Below are positions 40,409-53,959 of a stretch of 64,000 bases of DNA, one piece after another. The notes beneath the pieces were generated by a model, which was given only the letters and a program-made list of their open reading frames with translations, made no database searches and had not been told where the DNA came from. A program made the translations under genes and the position numbers. Position 1 is the stretch's first letter; each line of letters starts with the position of its first letter. This stretch comes from the human T2T-CHM13v2.0 reference genome, Homo sapiens, in the NCBI RefSeq assembly GCF_009914755.1, contig NC_060928.1. One strand, written 5' to 3'.

Positions 40409-41271
40409 AATATTTGTTTAGAAAACATACTACTTACACAAAGCTTCCAAAAAAAGGTTCTACTCTTTCCATTTTCACTGATTATTTATACATTTAACAA
40501 ATTCATTGTGTTTATATACAATAAGCAGGACACAAATCTATGAGTTGAAGTATTAAAACTATTTTTAAAAACTCACCACCGTTTACACAAAATAAAAAAT
40601 ATGTAAAAGATTATTCTTAAGTGTATAACAATTCTTTTTAAAATATTGTATAAAAACATGTATGTATTGTTAATTTTTTATTAAAAGCTCTCATCAGGGC
40701 AAAGGTCAATTTTGGCCTCACTAAGGTCATGTATCATAAATATTATATAAATTGAACCTCAATTAATTGATTTTCCTAAGTACAGCATATGAAAAAAATA
40801 TTATCTACTTCTATTTATTCACCAAAATCCTTGCTTGTCACCTTAATCCTAGAGTGTACCAATATGGATTATTGTACTTTACAAATTATCAGATTGGGAA
40901 TGAGCATATTTAGTTTTTGTTCACTCATCCAGTCAACAATTTGTTCATTTAAAGCATGTTTTGAATCCTATTTTGTATGAGGTAATTTGCTTTGTTTTGG
41001 AGAACAAAATGGAACAGATATCACTACTGTCTTGAAGGAGTTTATAACATAATAGCACATCAGGCAAATAAAGTTTTATCAGAGTTAACCAAATTTATAG
41101 AAAAGTGGAAAAACAATGGAAGCCATGGTCAATTCAAATAGAAGGGACCATAGAAACGATTTCCTAGAGGATGAATATGTGCTATGTAATCAGGAAATCA
41201 AGGTTATAGGATAATCTTTATATTCATGGTGATGGAAGCATCACTGAAGAAATATAAGTACTAAAGGAAGA

Positions 41272-41618
41272 TGTATCAGTCCACTCTCACACTGATATAA
41301 AGATACTACCTGAGACTGGGTAATTTATAAACAAAAAAAACATTTAATTGACTCACAGTTCCACATGGTTGGGGCGGCCTCAGGAAAAAGAAGAGGAAGC
41401 AAAGCACTTCTTACATGGTGGCAGGAGAAAGAGAGCATGGAGGAGGAAGAACCACACACTTATCAAACGATCAGCTCTCATGAGAACTTTATCACGAGAA
41501 CAGCATGGGGGAAACCTCCTCAATGATCCAATCACCTCCCACCAGGTCCCTCCCTCAACACGTGGAGATTACAATTTGAGATGAGATTTGGGCGGGGACA
41601 CAGAGCCAAACCATCTCA
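41272..41618 (-). mobile_element. MSTA/THE1D-type MaLR solo LTR
   Basis: TG...CA termini; GGACACAGAGCCAAACCAT; perfect TSD GAAGA. Confidence 0.92.
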
Positions 41619-41849
41619 GAAGATAAAGCCTGAAACAGGCTAGTATGTTCAAACTGCATCAAGTATGTTATTATAGAGCATACAGTACCATGCATGCAAA
41701 GGATCATGTTGGAGCAGTATGAAAATGTCAGATAATGGTGACCAGAAATGCCTATGGTGGACAGAAAATTGGCAATATGTTTAAAGTAGCTAGGCTTGAG
41801 GAATTTAAAATCATAGAATAGACTTTAAATAAAAAATATTTTGATACTT

Positions 41850-41976
41850 CCTTCGGGTTGACCTCTCCTTCCCATCATGGCTTTAAGTAGTTATTCAGTT
41901 TAACTTTGGAACGCCCTTGGCTGAGATGGGGTCCATTCAGGTGGCTAAGGGCCTTAGAATTTCATTTTTAGTTTAT
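41850..41976 (-). mobile_element. ERV1 LTR 5' fragment (LTR26/MER72-like)
   Basis: Minus strand TATAAACTAAAAATGAAATTCTAAGGCCC...CTGAATGGACCCC. Confidence 0.6.
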
Positions 41977-41979
41977 AGA

Positions 41980-42302
41980 AACAACATTTAAAGTAACCTG
42001 TAATTCTACACCCAGCAAACAAGCATTTCAAAACTGAACACGAAATAAGGAGTTTCACAGATGTATATAAGCTGACAGATCATCATGAGAAGATCTATAA
42101 TACAAAACAATGTGAAAATGAAATTATCAAATAGAAGTAAAATGACATCAAATGGAAATATAAAACCACACAATGGAATGATAAATACAATGGTGATTAC
42201 ATGCGTAAATATATGATTTTGTTATTAAAATCTATCTAAATGTTAATTGACTACTTAAACAGAAATAGTAACAAGTGTTGTGGGATACATATATACACAC
42301 AT

Positions 42303-42345
<43 letters not shown>

Positions 42346-42636
42346 ATCACTCAGGAATGAAAAACTAAAAGTATACTACTAATGGAAGCTTCTTGTATTA
42401 CAAGTAGAGTGGTATAATACCACCTGAAGGTAGGCAATAATATGTATTTATTATAAGTCTGAGACCAACCACTATAATAACAAAACAGACTTATAGCTAA
42501 TAAGTCAATAGAAGAAATAAAATTAAAAATAAAGCAGCAAAAAGAGGAAAAAGAAAAAAAAAACAGAAAAATAAGAATAGAAACATGGCAGCGTTAAATC
42601 TAACCATATCAATAATCATATTAAAAATAAATGGTC
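41980..42636 (+). mobile_element. Old L1M ORF1-end/inter-ORF fragment containing (CA)n at ~42289-42338
   Basis: AATTCTACACCCAGCAAA...TTCAAAACTGAA; AACCATATCAATAATCATATTAAA...AAATGGTCTA (ORF2 start region). Confidence 0.65.
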
Positions 42637-42740
42637 TATAAACATGGGAGTGTAAGTATCCCTTTGAGATAGTGATTTTATATCCTTTAAATGTGTACTC
42701 ACATGTGGGAATGTGGAATCATACAGTGGTTCTATTTTCA
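42637..42740 (-). mobile_element. Short L1MA-type 3' fragment
   Basis: AAACATGGGAGTG...ATCCCTTTGAGATAGTGATTT...ATCATACAGTGGTTCTATTTT. Confidence 0.65.
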
Positions 42741-42741
42741 T

Positions 42742-42815
42742 TGAGCAGAGATCATGCCACTGCACTCCAGCCTGGGCAATGAGAGCAAAACTCCATCTCA
42801 TAAATAGATAAGTAA
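42742..42815 (+). mobile_element. Alu 3' terminal fragment (AluSq/Sp-like)
   Basis: GAGATCATGCCACTGCACTCCAGCCTGGGCAATGAGAGCAAAACTCCATCTCA plus (TAAA)-like tail. Confidence 0.88.
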
Positions 42816-42824
42816 AGTCACACC

Positions 42825-44065
42825 TGAAATTAAGGTTGCTAATCAGCTGACCTTAAAATAAGAATAGTACCATAAGTTATTTGGGTGGTCCAATGTAATC
42901 ACAAGGGTGCTTAAATGTGGAAGAGAGAAGCAGAAGAAGAGTAAGTATTAGAAGGATGCAATGAGATAAAGACTTGAATGTCCATTTTGTTGCCTTTGGG
43001 GAAAGAAGGGTTCTACAAGCCAATGAATGTGAGCAGCTCCTAGAAGCTGAAAAAATTAAATAAATGGATTATCCCCTAAATAAATGATTCTGATGACTTC
43101 TTAATTTTACCCCAGTGAGACTCATTGAAAACTTTTGACCCTCAGAACTGCAAAAAAATAAATTTGTATTGTTTACACTTATTCAATTTGTGGCAATTTC
43201 ATTAGCAATGGAAAATGAATATAAAGTTTAGTACCAGGAAGTGCTGCTTTAACAAATAACTAAAGACACAGAAGTGACTTTTTAATTGGGTGGTGTGCAG
43301 ACACTGGAAGAATTTTTAGGAGCATGATAGAAAAAAAAGGAGCGACATTACCTCAAATAGAATTTAGAAATATGCATGTTAATGACTATGCTATTGAAGA
43401 CTTGAATGTCAGGATCATAGAAGATAATATGCATGTATCTTCTTGGAAACTAAGTCATAATAAGCAGACTATATCATAAGAAACACTTACGTTGAAGATA
43501 CTGCTAATGAGGGCTCATATGGAAATGACAAATATGTTCATGGTAACTGTAGAAATGGGGATCCTTGTTATATAGTGACAGAAAACAGAACTGAATGATG
43601 TCCTGCAGTCATGTAAAAAACAAACTTACAAACAATGTACTTCGATATTTAGCTGAGGATATTTCCAGGCAAAATGTTGAAGGTGCAGTCTGGATTGTCC
43701 TTGCTGCTTCTCATGAAATGTGAAAAGAATGAAACTGATTGAGGGAAGAATTGGTAGCAAAAAGAAACCAGTATATGGGAAATGTTTGGATTACAGAAGT
43801 CTCTAAAATTAGGAGATTCACTGTCAGGAAAATTTGCTCTGGAGAGACAGTCAAGGGCATGTCTACAAAACCTTCTCAAAAGGATCAAAAGTTCAGATTC
43901 TTAGTAACACAGAGGGCTCCTTGAGTAGATTCTATATGTGACTCAAGGATCTAGTTAGCTATCTCAGCCAAATCCAGGGATAGAATGATTACTCAGAAAA
44001 AAATGTGTTAAGGGTCATCTGGTTTAATGGAGTGCATCCCCAGGACATATACAAGATACCTGCAA
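42825..44065 (+). mobile_element. 5'-truncated MLT1D-like LTR (to ~43222) followed by MLT1 internal sequence
   Basis: GGTTGCTAATCAGCTGACCTTAAAATA...CCCAGTGAGAC...AATAAATTTGT; internal start TTTAGTACCAGGAAGTG...GCTTTAACAAATA. Confidence 0.8.
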
Positions 44066-44067
44066 TT

Positions 44068-45245
44068 AAAAAGGGGAAAAAGATGTGAATATACACTCCA
44101 TCAGAAAGAAACAAAAGAATAGAAAATATGTAGACACAAACATGACACAAGTCACTAATCATTAGGGAAATACAAATTAATATCTAAATGAAATATCACT
44201 TTACTCCAATTGGAAATGTTAAATTTAAAATTATTGAACAAATTAAGTGTTGATGAGGTGTGTGGAAAATGAAACTCTCATACTCTACTGTTGTGAATGT
44301 AAATTATTAGAACATATTAAAAAGTCACTTGTCAGATTCTTAAAAAGTTAAATATATATGTCTCATATGATCTAGCCAATCCCATGCTAGGGCCTTAGCT
44401 AAGAGAAAAAAATGTATTTTCATCAAAATGCACATGAATATTCATAAAAGCTTTATTTGTAATAGCCATTACTGAAAATGGGCCATGCCTGATGGTTCAC
44501 ACCTGTCTTCCTATCACTTTAGAAGGCCAAGTTGAGAGAGTCTCTTGAGTTCAGGAGTTTGAGACCTGCCTGAGCAAGATGGTGAGATTGTCGTCTCTAC
44601 AAAGCAGTTTAAAAAATTAACTGGTGTGGTGGAGCATACCTGTAGTACTAGCTACTCGGGAGGCCAAGGCAGGAGGATCCCTTGAGCCCAGGAGTTTAAG
44701 GATGTAGTGAGCTGTGATGACACCACTGTACCCCAGCTTGGGTGAGACAGTGAGACCTCATATCTTAAAAACAAAACCAAAACTGAAAACTGTCCTAATG
44801 TCTATCAGAGGATAAATGGATAAAGTGTGGTATATCCATATAGTGTAATACTACTCAGCAATCAAAATAAGTTAACTACTGATACATGTGATAACTTGGA
44901 AATATCTCAAAATAAACTATTCCAAGTGAGAAACCAGACAATGACAGGGAATATACAGTATTATTTAATTTATGTAGAATTATTTAAAATGTAAACTCAT
45001 GCATACTGACACAAAGCTGATTTGTATTGCCTCTGGGGATTAGGGTAAGGAGAGGCATAAAGAAGAGTTAACAAAGGAAGATGAAGCAGCACTATGAAAC
45101 TTGTAGGTATTGGTTGTGAACATTTTCTTCATTTGTGGTAATGATTTAGTGGATATATACATGTGTCAAAACCTATCAAATTGTATACTATAAATACATG
45201 CAGTTAATTGTATTTCAATTATATCTGAAGAAAGCTGTTAAAATT
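44068..45245 (+). mobile_element. L1MD/ME 3' region
   Basis: ATCATTAGGGAAATACAAATTAA; ATACTACTCAGCAAT; end TTGTATTTCAATTATATCTGAAGAAAGCTG. Confidence 0.8.
44481..44780 (+). mobile_element. AluJ nested in L1M
   Basis: GGAGGATCCCTTGAGCCCAGGAG; TSD core ACTGAAAA. Confidence 0.9.
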
Positions 45246-45639
45246 ATCAAAAAAAATCTTGTTCCTAATAAAGTCTCTGGAATCAGTTATCATTGTGTTT
45301 ACTTTATTAGTTGATTACTTGGATTAATTCAAGGTTATACTCTTCCTCTTTTCTCTGTGTGGAACGTTTTTCTCTAAGACAATTTCATGTTTTGCTCTCT
45401 CACTTTATTTAGGTCTTCTGGTCAAATGATACCTGCATCAGGAGCCTAACCCTGCCCATTCTGTTGTGTTTTAAAGGAAATTCTGAATAAATAATGCTCA
45501 CTCATGAAAAGTATCTAAATTTTTTTTTTTAGTTTAGAGCTTGAACAAAGACACTGTGTCTACTATAGCGTAATAATAATAATGCATTACTGTTAATTGA
45601 CTCAAGAATAGCTTTCTGAAATGCACTAATAGTATACTC

Positions 45640-45855
45640 ATTAATTACCATGTCAAAATTATTTACCTTATACTATTTACTTGATACTGTTATATTCTTA
45701 ATATTATTTAATTGATATATTATACTCTCAGTTTTTCAAATAAGAAAACTAAGCAGTCAAGGGGTTAAATAAATTTTTTTAAAGCACAGAATTAGTGTCA
45801 GCTAAAGATTGAACCCAGGTTCATCTGACTTTAAAACCCAACATTTTAACTATTC
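45640..45855 (-). mobile_element. MIR
   Basis: TTTCAAATAAGAAAACTAAGC...GGTTAAATAA...GAACCCAGGTTCATCTGACTTTAAAACCC. Confidence 0.65.
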
Positions 45856-46835
45856 TCATATATTTATCCTAGAACTAAGATATCTCATATCTACACAATG
45901 AATTAAAAACAACTATTACATTTTTTTTCTTTTTACCATTTTGCGCTCTCTGGAAATTGGGAATATTTGTGAAATAAAAAAAGAAAAAACTTCTTTTCGT
46001 CCACCCTAAAGATCATATCCATTTTAAGACAGAAAAATGAATTAGAAAACTAAGAGCCTGTTAGAAAGAAGACATTGTATGTTATTATCTTCCAAGAAAG
46101 GACTACCAAAGAAGTACAATGTTAACTGGCAAATGTAAAGTGGTTCATTAATGACAGAGCAGGTACTCTATCACTCTGTCATTTAATTAGAAGAATGCTT
46201 ACAAAGGTAGGAGTTACCCTGAGTGATTGAGGTCTTAACCTTTTTAAAGGCAGGGGGTTGTACTAACAAACTTTCAAAGGACCACTTCAGTTTCTTGCTT
46301 TGAAATTTTTAAATAATAATTTGACTTTTTTCCTAATTGCACATAAAATAAAGGATTACTTACTTTGAAACTTTGAATTTTATACTTTCCCTTTAATTTT
46401 TAAATTAAGATTGTTTTTCTGGATTCCCTAAAAGATTATGTTGATATGAGTAGAACATTTGCATCTTGTACTTGTGGGGAAGAGTTCTACTAGTGTTAGC
46501 TGATGGGGGAGCTTTTCAGGAGATGGTAAAGGAGAGGGAGTATAGTTATGTTTTTGAGTTAGAAACTGACAAGGACATACACACAAATATATTAGAATTA
46601 GAGAGTTTAGGCTAAGTATTAGGGGGAGGAAATATTTCCAATGGCCCTGAGTGCTATTAATATAAACATATCCAAAATACCTATACTTATATATTCTTAT
46701 CAAATAGTTATTACATTGAGAAGATACCAATGATACATTTATGTTTTGGTTAAAGAAAATACACAGACACACACAGGCACATTTCAAACACTGAAAGTCA
46801 TTTCCCCAAATTAATACACATGTAATGGTCAAGCT

Positions 46836-47545
46836 CTTTATTCATTCCAATATTTATTCTCAATATTCATTGAGAACCTATTTGGTATCAGGCACTATTC
46901 TAGTGTTTTACTTATCAATGAGGCAAAGGGGCAGAATGCTCTGTCTTTATAATGCTTATGTTGCAGTGGACGTGTGGTAAGATAGAAAATCAACAAAATA
47001 AACAATGACATGGCATATTAACTGGTGATAACTTATGGAGAAAAACAAAGCAGAAATCAGGATAGAAATTGGGAGGTAGCGTTCAGTTTTAAATAGGATG
47101 GACTGGCAAGACCCCACTGAGGAGATATTTAATTAAGTGCTTAATGTAGATGACGAAGGGAGCCATATGAATTTCTAGAAAGAAAGGATCCTGGCACAAT
47201 AAACAAGAACAATGGCCTGAGGCAAGAGAAAATATCCAGGCTAAATTCCAGAGAATTTGAACAGGCCACTGTGTCTGAAATAAATGCAAAAAGTGGAGCA
47301 GAGTAGAAAGATATTGGACAGAGAGCAGAGAGTGGATATTGCACGTTCTTGTGATCCCTTCAATGACGTGTTTTTCCTTAGAGTGAGATGGTAGCCATTG
47401 TAGGATTTTTACAAATGGCTTCTCCAAGGGAAAAACAAAACAAAACACGTTACTGACAAATTGTAATATGATCATTTCAATTGCTATGTTGACTAGGACT
47501 AGAGATGAACAAGGATGAAAGTAGGGAGACCTGTTAGAAATAATG
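46836..47545 (-). mobile_element. L2a
   Basis: TTCATTCCAATATTTATT...CAGGCACTATTCTAG...GAGTGAGATGGTAGCCATTG. Confidence 0.8.
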
Positions 47546-48384
47546 GTAATTGAAACAAGCTGTTGGCTCTTTTATTAATTTTTGCCACTGTGAAGAGTTC
47601 ACCACTAGAAATATTAACTAGCTAATAAAATATCATAAAGATATGCTCCTTGGTGCTGAATCAACCTCAAAGAATCAACTCTTGGACATAATATATTATA
47701 GACTTTTATTTGCCAAGAAAGTTTACTAAAAGTTTTATTTGAAATAGTTTGAACGAAATACAAATAAAACCAGCTTTACTTCAGAGAATTGTACATTTTC
47801 AAGTGCATAAGCTTGTGTTGCTTTTGTTTCTGTTATTTATTGGCCTACAATGTTTTTGCTTGTTTGCTTACATTATTTTGCCTCGAAATAGTGATGTGAA
47901 CAGATACAAGTGGGTGCATATGTTAGTCTGATGTCATGTATTTGACAGTGAGTTGTGGATGGTGCTCATGTTTATTCACGATATGCCTGTCACTACATTT
48001 TGTTGTTTATAAATTGAACTGGCTGGACACGTGATCTCTTCAAAGCTCTAGGGACGACTTGTCCGGAATTCAAGACAATTTCATTTTGAAGAACATATTT
48101 TGTGTTAACCTGCATGGGCTGGTTGAAAGATTTTCTTTTTTAAATTGTTTCAGAGAACTTTACAAAATGAACCACTCCCTATAAATGAGTAAAGCCCTTT
48201 ACAGATTCAACCTCACAATTTTATATTCATAATTTTAAAAGAAACCAAATTTGGAAAAAGGTTTTTAAAAAGTAAGGTAAGAATCTGATACTTAATTTCT
48301 TCCAGTTTTTACCCAATTGCGTTTATCTAATAATATGCACATTTTCTCCCTATCTTAAATTCCTAATTTTACTAGAAGCCAATC

Positions 48385-48900
48385 TACAGTTGCTGAATCT
48401 TTACAGTAGCTTCTAAGATGGCTCACAATTATTCTCACCTCCTGGTATTCATGCCCTTGTGTATAAACTGTGCTTAGTGACTTATGACAAATAGTACTGC
48501 AAAAGTAGTAGAATGTCACCCTAAGATTAGGTTACAAGGAAAATGTGACTTCTTCCTAGTTCTCCCTAACCACATTCTGAAGGAAGGCAATTAGGGAAAT
48601 GAAGATGGCCTCCAGCTACTAGTTAACAAGAAACTGAGGTCCACAGTTCAACAGCCAACGAGAAACTAAATCCTGCTAACTGCCATGTGAAATATTAGAA
48701 GCCCATCCAAATCCAGTTGAGCCTTGACATGACTACAATCCAAGTCAACACTTGATAATAGCCTCATGAGAGACCCTGAGCCAGAGGACCCACATCAGCT
48801 GTGCCAAGATTCCTGACTTACAGAAATGCTACAATAATAAAGGTTTGTTTCTGACTGCTAAGTTTTGAGATTATTGCTTTTTTGCACAGGAATTGATTAT
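48385..48900 (+). mobile_element. MLT1E/F MaLR LTR
   Basis: CTTCTAAGATGGC...CACCTCCTGGTATTCATGCCCTTGTGTA...GAGAGACCCTGAGCCAGAGGACCC. Confidence 0.85.
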
Positions 48901-50274
48901 ATATATATATGTGTGTGTGTGTGCTTTAACACAGTATAGGGCTCCAATGATTATATAAGCATATTCTTTTAAAATTATTATAAAAAAACAAGGTTTTGAA
49001 GCAATCTGCAATTTCACCTAAGCATAAAAAGTTAAACACAGAAGTAAAACTATCTCCTGAACACTGTCATTGTAGTCATTATTAGAATATTAGTCTTGTT
49101 ATAATAAATAAATATAACAACAGAGAATATAATAGAATATAAGGATTGTAGATGTAATTATTTTATTCTAGCTAGAATGTAAGATAGTGATTTATTTACG
49201 TAATTATACCAGTGTCTGGATACTATCCTGTTCACTTTATGTGAAAAGCTCTAAGTACTAAATATTATTAATTTAAAATAACACTAATTCCATACCAAAA
49301 TCTCTAATTCAAAGATGTTTCTGTCTCTATTGCATTCTTTAATCGGCCAAGCACTCTGCTAAACTTGTGCCCCATAGAACATTAAACCTCCTTCTTAGCT
49401 GTCTTAGTTGTCTGATCGTGCAGTACCAGCATCTCTGAATTTGGTATTTGGTTAATAGCTCTATTACCTTTCATGCTGAGTCCAAAGCTTTACCTCTCTC
49501 AGTCTTTGCTTTTGCCAACTGGAAAATTTTCCATCATGTCAAGAAAACCCACTGTGCAGTGTGCTTAGGGAATGGGCCCTCTCTGGCTGACTGACAGCTA
49601 TTCAATAGAGAAAAGAGCCACAGAGAGATACCGATACGTATTAAACTCAGTGAAGAGAACAAGCTTTGTATTTCAAAATGTCACTTTTCTTAGAGTTCAG
49701 TGGGAGTGAGTAGCTATAAGGTAATTTCTAGAGGGAACCATACTGTAGTTCATTGTATAAATAATTGATTTGATCAGCTGAAATTATTGTGCCTAGTCCT
49801 GAATGACCTTTCAAATAAATTGCTGGTTTTTCACTACAAAAGCAACTAGAGCTTATAGTAAGATGTCAAAGAAATCCATATACAGTAGTTTTCTATAGAA
49901 AGAAAGGGAATTTACATGGCATTATTTTTCTTAGAATAACTAAAATATGATCAGCTCTTTTCTTGTGTACAAATAGAGACAGCATACCTTGGTTTTATTC
50001 ATATGTTCAAGGTCGAACACTAACTGAATTATTTCAACTACATCTTATGTATGAATGTTTTAGACGATATATTTTAAAATGAAATAGATAAACAAAACAT
50101 ACCTGTGAAGAGACTACAGGGAAAACATTCCCCTTTACAGTATGCAGAATGATCATTGTATCTTAAGACAATGGTTTCTATTAGAAAATTAACAAACACA
50201 CTTGAAACTCTACAGAACAACAATCTTTAATATCTCACTATGGATTCATCCTTTACTTTTTTATGCCCCAGTGC

Positions 50275-50569
50275 TTATTATAATGTATTACTGATTTTTA
50301 TTCTTATTATATTACTGATTCTGTATATTTTCTTTCTCCTTAGAAATTTTACATAATCAGTTATGTCTGTCCTTCATATGTTCATTTAACACATTTGTTT
50401 ATTTTAGATTATAGTACATTATTATTATAATGTATTACTGATTCTTATTATAATATATTACTGATTCTGTGTATTTTCTTTCTCCTTAGAAATTTTACAT
50501 AATCTATTATGTCTGTCCTTCATGTGTTCATTTAACACATTTGTTTATTTTAGATTGTAGTACATTATT
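50275..50569. repeat. Two-copy tandem duplication, period ~146-147 bp
   Basis: Units start at 50275 and 50422; both contain TTTCTTTCTCCTTAGAAATTTTACATAATC...CACATTTGTTTATTTTAGATT. Confidence 0.95.
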
Positions 50570-50719
50570 GTTCATAGTTAAATATTATTAAAATAATACA
50601 GAATGTAAATAATTGAAAGATTGAAGCAACCTTTCCCAATTTCCTTAATCTCTATTTCATACTTTGACTCTGCATGTATAACCATAGTCTCAGTTTGTGG
50701 TGCATTTTCTCAGATATAG

Positions 50720-51094
<375 letters not shown>

Positions 51095-52199
51095 TATATA
51101 TTTATTTATAAAAACATTCATAAATACATGAATATATTCATGCGCATCTATATTTATAAATATACATATTTACAGCCACCTATCTACATGTTTACATATA
51201 TATTCATTTTAACACAAAAGGGATCATTCTGAATGTACTTTTCATAATTTCAAAAACCTCTTATACATGGCATTTTTTTCATAATACAGTTTTTAATTAC
51301 AAAAGTCACGTATGCACAAACTAAGACTTCTGACAGTATAGAATGCAAATACAACTTTAATATCCTTACAATATAATGCCATTTAACAACAATTCCTCTT
51401 TCATAATTTTTAAATATGCCTACCTAATTCTTTTTAATTGCTGCCCAGCGTTTTATTGGTGGTTGCATTGACCTTGATAATATAACTGGTCATATTCTTT
51501 TTCTGTTTTCCTATTTGGTCATGTATGGGTTTTCACTAATTAGCAAAATAAAAAACAAAAAACTATTCTACCTACATCCTAGGTACTAACATTTATAGTC
51601 AAAATCAGGCTGCAAAAAGCATACTTATAGAGCTGATGTGGCCTGCCTCCAGTAGACAGAATGAGGATTTAGCTGTTGAATGATTGGTACTTCTTGCTAT
51701 GATTACAGTTCAATGTAAGACTGTTTCCTACAATACTGACTGTGTAAATGTCTAAGTGTACTTTATTCAACAGTATCATATTTGCTTACTCTTTTGGGCC
51801 CTAGGAGCTCCTAGGGTTGTCTATGTTTGATGGCATGAGTTTGATGGAAAATATGGGTATAATCAAGACTAGAATTATTCAGTAGATTAATTTTGGGAAG
51901 AACCCAGGGACACATATTTAGCATTATCTGTGGGAAAAAAAATGTTTGTTTTTTTTTTTTTTTTGGTTATTGCTGTTGTTGTTGCTTTTGTCATCTTACA
52001 TGCCTGGTTCAAGTTTTTAACTTTATCTGAAAAGGTCTTTGCCGCATGAATTTGAGAAAGAGAATTAATCCTGCATAGTCAACTGTAGCTTATTATTTCT
52101 CACTGTAGTTAGTGAGAAATTTAGTCAAACACAATTTTAATGAGAGCTCTTTCCTAAGCTTTGCCTCTGTTTTATACAGGTAGTTTTTAAAATTCTTCA

Positions 52200-52566
52200 C
52201 AAATGTAACCTGGCCCTACTTCACACCCTCATTTTAAGCCACAGTGCTCTATCTGTACTAATGATCTAGCATTTACTCCAATGAACAAAGTATTTTTCTC
52301 ACTGCAGGCCTTCAAATAGGTTGCTATCTGTTGGAAGGGCTCCCCCTTTAACCAATGCCTTTCATTTGGCTATACCAGTTGTATCTGTAACCCATAGTTA
52401 TAAGATTAAATCTGAGTACAGCCCTTCCTCTGCTAGCAAAAATCCTGCACATGAATTGTGTGACCTATAAGCTCTATGAAGTGATAGTCGTTGTTATGTA
52501 GCCATCATCTGGCACAGTGTCATTCATATGCTAGGTGCTCCATTAATATATTTTGGTTGAAATAAG
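52200..52566 (+). mobile_element. L2 3' region
   Basis: TGGCACAGTG...ATGCTAGGTGCTCCATTAATATATTTTGGTTGAAATAA. Confidence 0.6.
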
Positions 52567-52624
52567 GAAATAAAAGTGGTAAAGTGGAAAATAAGAAAGG
52601 AAGAATGACAACCAGATATTGGAG

Positions 52625-53083
52625 TGTGTAATTATGGCAGCAAGAGACTGAATATACAAATAGACAATAGTCAGACGATATACAACGGAAATCTGATTGA
52701 GAGGCTCAGGAGGTCAAACCACTATGCTACAGTAATCAGGCCAGAAAGTCAAATCACAGCCTTTATCACAATGTCCCTAGAACAATCAAGACTTGGTCAA
52801 CAGCTGCTGAATTTCCTGTGTTTTACCCTCATTTTCAACCCAGAATAAACCAGAGAAAGCCTAACATGCATTTTTCTCCCACGGCAACAACCTCCAATCA
52901 GTACATACTGAATGAAGCCTTCCCCTTTTTTCGCTGTAAAGCTTTCCCATTCCTCTGCCTACCTATAAGTTTGTGCAAAACTCAAGTGATGCTGGCTTAT
53001 CACTTGCTATAGAGGGACTAAAGAAATAGCCTCTATTTATCCTCATTTGGTTGGACCTATTTTATTTACTTCTATTACTCACA
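52625..53083 (+). mobile_element. MER67-like ERV1 solo LTR
   Basis: TG...CA termini, AACCAGAGAAAGCC, CCTCCAATCAG; flanks GGAG/GTAG. Confidence 0.65.
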
Positions 53084-53959
53084 GTAGGAGTATAATAACT
53101 AACTCTTTTGGAATATATATATAATATTGGAACATGAGTTAGTTTGATACACCAGGTAAGAGTAATTTATGTTATGACAAGAAGGGTAAGTTAGTTAAGT
53201 TCCACATTGAATAACTCATAATGACCTGTTGGTAGTAGGCAAATATTTGAAAAATTATTATTATTTTTAATATTTAAGAAATACATTTTTACTTAAATAG
53301 TAAAAAACTATTTATTTCATTAATACTTTTCCAGATAATTGTTTTATTTTAGTAGTCATGATCTAAATAATAGTGGCTCCCGTTGCTTTAAACGTTCTGC
53401 TCAAAGATTATTACTATTATAGTGTTCATTAGCATGTGTCATCAGTAGTTTAATATATTAGACAAAGTTAATACCTGTCCCAAATAGCCAGTTGTTCTTT
53501 TTTATAAATTTATTCACTGAAATTTTCTACATGAGCACCCCTTTTAGTAAATTTACACTGTAATAAAGAAGATAAGATATGCATGAGAAATGCATACATG
53601 ATAATTTTACTAATGAAAGTGTAAACAATCTGTGCAACTTGAAATAATATAATACTTCCTGGTAGGGCCAGTAAATATGAAATTATGAATGAGGTGGCAT
53701 TTAATCTGTAGTCTCAAAAATAAGCTTTCTTAAGTTGATTAGTAGAGCCTAAGCAGAAGAAAGTAACAGAAAAAACATAAAATCAAGAACAAAATCACAA
53801 AAAAGTAGGTATTTGGAGGAACTTGGTGAGTGTGCAGAGTAGCTAAAAGGAAGTCTTACTAGAATATAGGTCTTATAAATGAAAAAGTGTATCTAAAAGC
53901 CTGAGAATATAGGTTAGAGTCAGATTGTAAAGGTAAGGAATTATTATGAGTTATTATAA

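Noticed and set aside
46428-47475. ORFs of 134 and 128 aa
   Set aside because: Low-complexity hydrophobic translations; the second lies in L2; no splice or domain support
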